From contig JAPLZK010000002.1 of assembly GCA_026395055.1 (NCBI GenBank), positions 192,154 to 256,153 on the forward strand: 64,000 nt of DNA, in the 5' to 3' direction. Numbering within the stretch: the first letter of the stretch is position 1; each line of letters starts with the position of its first letter. Shown piece after piece: positions 60,831 to 64,000 of the stretch. This DNA comes from Candidatus Uhrbacteria bacterium (GTDB lineage: Bacteria > Patescibacteriota > Patescibacteriia > UBA9934 > GWF2-40-263). The notes beneath the pieces are model-generated. The model saw only the letters and a program-made list of their open reading frames with translations. It made no database searches and was not told where the DNA came from. The position numbers and the translations under genes are program-made.

Positions 60831-61170
60831 TTGCTTTTTCTACAACCTTTGCAAACACGGATGGGTGGTCTTTTGCAAGTGTTGAAAGGATCTTTCGATC
60901 CAATGCAATGTTTGCCTTTTTAACCATGTCCATGAATTTGCTGTAGCTGAGGTCGAATGTTCGTACGCCCGCGTTGATGCGAACTTGGAAAAGACGACGA
61001 AATGCACGCTTCTTGTTGCGACGATCGCGATACGCGTTAACACCTGCCTTCAAAAAAGCAGGGCGCGCAAGCTTAATGCTTGATTTGCGCTTCCACATCA
61101 TCCCTTTAACTTTTTTCAGCAAGTTTTTGCGGCGCTTAACATGCTGGGTTCCACGTTTTACTCGAGGCAT
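60826..61170 (-). CDS. rplT: 50S ribosomal protein L20
   Basis: MPRVKRGTQHVKRRKNLLKKVKG... is a canonical L20. Confidence 0.9.
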   Translation of the reverse strand: MPRVKRGTQHVKRRKNLLKKVKGMMWKRKSSIKLARPAFLKAGVNAYRDRRNKKRAFRRLFQVRINAGVRTFDLSYSKFMDMVKKANIALDRKILSTLAKDHPSVFAKVVEKAK

Positions 61171-61197
61171 AGAATTTTGATAGGTCCAGTTCAGCGA

Positions 61198-61395
61198 TTA
61201 TTTCTGTTTCTGGATTAACATCTTCACGGTTTTTGTATAAGACTCAGAAAGACTGACATCACGGCGTTTTTTACGGGTGATTTTTCCTGGATCGCGGGTA
61301 TTAAAATGATCTTGCCCTGCATAGCGCTTCATCACTTTTCCGGTTTTTGTTACTTTGAGGCGCTTTGCAGTCGCCTGGTGTGTTTTGGTTTTCAT
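61198..61395 (-). CDS. rpmI: 50S ribosomal protein L35
   Basis: MKTKTHQATAKRLKVTKTGKVMKR... is basic, 65 aa, and sits between infC and rplT. Confidence 0.85.
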   Translation of the reverse strand: MKTKTHQATAKRLKVTKTGKVMKRYAGQDHFNTRDPGKITRKKRRDVSLSESYTKTVKMLIQKQK

Positions 61396-61483
61396 AGGAA
61401 AGTCTCCGGAAGTATATAAGAATAGGGGGAAGGCGTCAAGGCTTGTGGGGATGCTCCTTGTGGGTATCCGTCAGGCAGAATTA

Positions 61484-62035
61484 CTAGGCTTTTGTGACAA
61501 TGGCTGTTATTTTTCCACCTTGGTAGGTTACAGCCTGTTCAATACGGAGGTTGTATTTAGCTTTAAGGCTCTCGACAAAACGGGTAATAACCGCTTCCGC
61601 CACGTCTCTGTGGGCTTTTTCACGGCCACGCAAGGGAAGTTCTACGTTTACCTTGTCTCCACGATCAAGAAATTTACCAGCCTGTGCCAAGCGTACATCA
61701 AAGTCGTGGGCTCCAATACGGAATGTAAGGCGAATCCCTTTTGTTTCCACTTCTTTTGATTGGGCCTTCTGTTTACGAGCTTCTTTTTCTTTTTGATATT
61801 TAAATGCTCCGTAATCAAGGATTTTACAAACAGGAGGTTCTGCTTTTGGAGAAACCTCAACTAAATCAAGCTCTTTGGCTCTTGCAATGACAATAGCGTC
61901 CTCGGTTTTGAGGATTCCGAGTGGTTTTCCTTCGTCATCAACAACCCGAACTTCTGGGGCGGTGATTTTTTCATTCATCCGAAATTTTTGGACGTGAAGG
62001 TTAGATTGTCTGGCTCTGTGGCGGTGAATACGCAT
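61484..62035 (-). CDS. infC: Translation initiation factor IF-3
   Basis: ITAPEVRVVDDEGKPLGI...ELDLVEVSPKAEPPVCKILDYGAFKYQ is the IF3 N-domain/linker; IF3-C domain follows. Start set at the in-frame ATG (MRIHRH...) at 62035; the track ORF extends to 62200. Confidence 0.8.
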   Translation of the reverse strand: MRIHRHRARQSNLHVQKFRMNEKITAPEVRVVDDEGKPLGILKTEDAIVIARAKELDLVEVSPKAEPPVCKILDYGAFKYQKEKEARKQKAQSKEVETKGIRLTFRIGAHDFDVRLAQAGKFLDRGDKVNVELPLRGREKAHRDVAEAVITRFVESLKAKYNLRIEQAVTYQGGKITAIVTKA

Positions 62036-62097
62036 AGTTGTCGCTAGTTTAATCGGAATGCTGGAATTAATCAAGCAATCCGCTATACTTCCTGTGT

Positions 62098-62538
62098 ATG
62101 CCGAGTTTAGCCACCAATAAAAAAGCCGGGTTTGACTATGAACTTCAAGAACAATTTGAAGCAGGCTTGGTATTGCTTGGTTGGGAAGTGAAGTCGGCAA
62201 AGGCGGGACATGTCCAATTAAAGGGTTCTTTTTTGCATATTCAGAACGGAGAACTTTGGCTCAAGAACGCGTTTATCAGTCCTTACAAACCAGCAGGGAA
62301 TCAGGAAGTAAAGTCGGATCGTGACAGAAAAGTTTTGGTGCACAAGCGAGAGTTGAAACGGTTGATGGGAAAAAAACTGACAGAAGGGTTAACACTCGTC
62401 CCACTTCGCATCTACACAAAAGGAAATTTGGTAAAGCTTGTGTTTGCCGTTGCAAAAGGAAAAAAGAAATATGAAAAACGTGAAGCAATAAAAAAGCGCG
62501 ATGTAGACAGACAAATGAAAGAACACATGCGAGATTAA
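62098..62538 (+). CDS. smpB: SsrA-binding protein SmpB
   Basis: KKAGFDYELQEQFEAGLVLLGWEVKS...GSFLHIQNGELWLKN is a SmpB signature with a basic C-terminal tail. Confidence 0.9.
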   Translation: MPSLATNKKAGFDYELQEQFEAGLVLLGWEVKSAKAGHVQLKGSFLHIQNGELWLKNAFISPYKPAGNQEVKSDRDRKVLVHKRELKRLMGKKLTEGLTLVPLRIYTKGNLVKLVFAVAKGKKKYEKREAIKKRDVDRQMKEHMRD

Positions 62539-62571
62539 AAAAGCACCCGAGGTTATCGAGTGCAAGGAAAG

Positions 62572-63645
62572 TCAGAGTTTCACAGGCCAGGATCGATCGG
62601 ATCCAGACGGCGCGTGGTAAGTGTCGTCAGGTTCGGTCTTTTTTGTTCTGCCCTTTTTCTCTTCCGTTGAGGGTTTGACGAGGATTGGCTCGTCGGGAAC
62701 GTCTCGACAAGGGCCGTTTGTGATGTCGAAGCAAGAATTCGTTTTGTAGCCGTGTCCAGGGTTGAATGCTGCGACCGCATCTTTGATTGCGGCCCACCCA
62801 CCCTTCTTCGGCTCCATCTCAAGGACGAACAATCCGGCTCCCTTGTAGAACCGTGCTGCCGTTTCTGTGAACTTCTTTACGCTCGCAGCGTCCGTCTGTT
62901 CGCCGTAGGTGCGACCAATTGGAATCAGGCGGCACCGCGATTTTGGATACCGCGCACGAATACTGTCGAATTGGTCTTGGGCGTAGGAAAGAGCGTTCTG
63001 CGGTTGCATGATCACCCTTTTCCCGTTCTCGAACGCTTCGAATTGCATCCAGTACGCCTGAGGCAAGAAGTAATCGGAGTACTGGAAGGCAATGCCCCAC
63101 AGCTTCTTGTTCAGATTCATGAGGTGCGGAAACGTTGACGACATCAGGATTTTGTCTGAGCGCGCGTCCACCTCTTTGCGCAGGAGACGGAAGACCATCT
63201 CCCACTTTTCCGTACTGACTCCAAACAGTCCAAGGTCATCGATGATCATGCCGTCGGCCCCCATGTCGAGGGTGCGTGCGGCGAGTCGAACGGATTCTGT
63301 GATGGACGTATCATTTGTCAGGCGGGCGGTGTAGTAGGAATAGACGCGCATGCCCTCTGCATGAAACGCGTCCACCAAATCCTCTGAAAAGCAGGGAACC
63401 CACTTTCCGTTCACGACCGTGCCCCAACTTCCGCCGTCGTGACTTTTGATCATGACGTACGCGAAGCCTTTGACTTTGATCTCGTTTGCGTACTTGCGTG
63501 CTGCCTCTTTGCTTGCGGCCGGCAGAACCGAGCCTTTGAATGTGAAAATCCCCATTCCCTCCATTTGCGCCGGCAACTGATTTGCAAAAGCGGCCGTCGA
63601 AAGGAAGAGAGAAAACAGACACAGTGTAAAAAGGACATGTTTCAT
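62572..63645 (-). CDS. Hypothetical secreted protein, possible TIM-barrel glycoside-hydrolase-like fold
   Basis: Signal peptide MKHVLFTLCLFSLFLSTAAFA. AGGAGG RBS before the ATG at 63645. The longer track ORF to 63747 lacks an RBS. Confidence 0.5.
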   Translation of the reverse strand: MKHVLFTLCLFSLFLSTAAFANQLPAQMEGMGIFTFKGSVLPAASKEAARKYANEIKVKGFAYVMIKSHDGGSWGTVVNGKWVPCFSEDLVDAFHAEGMRVYSYYTARLTNDTSITESVRLAARTLDMGADGMIIDDLGLFGVSTEKWEMVFRLLRKEVDARSDKILMSSTFPHLMNLNKKLWGIAFQYSDYFLPQAYWMQFEAFENGKRVIMQPQNALSYAQDQFDSIRARYPKSRCRLIPIGRTYGEQTDAASVKKFTETAARFYKGAGLFVLEMEPKKGGWAAIKDAVAAFNPGHGYKTNSCFDITNGPCRDVPDEPILVKPSTEEKKGRTKKTEPDDTYHAPSGSDRSWPVKL

Positions 63646-63765
63646 TGAGCAGTACCTCCTGTTGTTTGTGGTCAAGAAACGTCTAAAGATACCTGGAAAA
63701 ATGCTGTTTGTCAATGGTTTACGCACGGGAAACAAAAAACCGCACAAATGGTGCGGAGAGGGTGC

Positions 63766-64000
63766 TTATCGAAGGGTTTCAAGGACGAGAGGTTCGAGTT
63801 CAGTCCAGGATCGGACGATTTGCTCGCCTTGCATGCGGTCGGCATACGTATGAAGCTCTCGATCCGATGGGTTGAAGACGTAGCGGTGCGTTACGATCCC
63901 TTGCATGGAGACCAGGATTTCTGCCCGGTCATCAATGAAGTGCGTAATTCCAAGCGCCTTGCAGATCCCAGCTTTTTCCGGACGTCGCAGGCAAAACCTG
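63766..64000 (-). CDS. Partial ORF (C-terminal 77 codons; start lies beyond window end), possibly HAD-like hydrolase
   Basis: Minus-strand translation ...GICKALGITHFIDDRAEILVSMQGIVTHRYVFNPSDRELHTYADRMQGEQIVRSWTELEPLVLETLR ends at the TAA at 63766-63768. Confidence 0.3.
   Translation of the reverse strand, partial: RFCLRRPEKAGICKALGITHFIDDRAEILVSMQGIVTHRYVFNPSDRELHTYADRMQGEQIVRSWTELEPLVLETLR

Noticed and set aside
62572-63747. Longer 391-aa reading of the minus-strand secreted protein starting at 63747
   Set aside because: The extra 34 codons (MCGFLFPVRKPLTNSIFPGIF...) precede a textbook signal peptide and lack an RBS. The ATG at 63645 is preceded by AGGAGG at ideal spacing.
1-64000. CRISPR arrays, rRNA genes, transposases or IS elements
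   Set aside because: No regularly spaced direct repeats with unique spacers, no rRNA-like conserved stretches, and no transposase motifs were seen. The only dispersed repeats are the short GC-rich hairpin element and terminator hairpins.

Overview
This 64 kb window looks like a compact, housekeeping-dense bacterial chromosome segment. All gene calls rest on reading motifs in the supplied translations; no database search was run.

Gene content, in order:
- Tail of the spc ribosomal-protein cluster: rpsE (5' end outside the window), rplO, secY, adk, map.
- ruvX, recO, asnS, an archaeal/eukaryotic-type aspS, scpA/scpB.
- Cell-envelope genes: dacA-like carboxypeptidase, a COG2426 membrane protein, a GT4 glycosyltransferase.
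- A tRNA cluster (tRNA-Met/Ile2 CAT and tRNA-Leu CAA on the minus strand, initiator tRNA-fMet on the plus strand), then parA/parB.
- Minus-strand block: rel, topA, dprA, pth, der, an LCP-family protein.
- M23 peptidase, transglutaminase-like protein, lepB, hisS, rpsU, a YqeY-domain gene.
- A ~15 kb surface-protein operon (33.3-48.1 kb), described below.
- ybeY, dgkA, ftsA, ftsZ, nrdR, htrA, pyk.
- Three lipoprotein genes (two are tandem paralogs), two tandem macro-domain paralogs, a secreted protein, tRNA-Asp, an rsuA/rluB-like pseudouridine synthase.
- infC-rpmI-rplT on the minus strand, smpB, a secreted hydrolase-like protein, and a partial minus-strand ORF at the end.

Tight packing, an archaeal-type AspRS next to AsnRS, and giant surface proteins fit a Patescibacteria/CPR-like or other reduced-genome bacterium. 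This is an inference only.

The surface-protein operon is the most unusual region. A short pilin-like module (signal peptide plus two hydrophobic helices, reminiscent of VirB2/TrbC pilins) is read in-frame with yqeY. The same module is the N-terminus of a 636-aa protein and of a 3336-aa giant protein; the latter carries Big/Ig-like and IPT/TIG domains and two arrays of Myxococcus-type cysteine-rich repeats. Three single-pass membrane proteins with paired DxDxDG (thrombospondin-type-3/dockerin-like) calcium-binding loops follow.

Other notable observations:
- An 88-bp GC-rich palindromic element sits in-frame inside dprA, and a related ~33-bp copy forms the ribosome-binding region of a lipoprotein gene.
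- Tandem duplications of lipoprotein and macro-domain genes are present, the latter with their terminators duplicated.
- A perfect 20-bp inverted repeat encloses 87 nt between two tRNAs, and three copies of one terminator hairpin family lie around the tRNA cluster.
- A ~90-bp palindrome built from 8-mer repeats lies between recO and asnS.

No CRISPR array, integrase, transposase or rRNA was seen.
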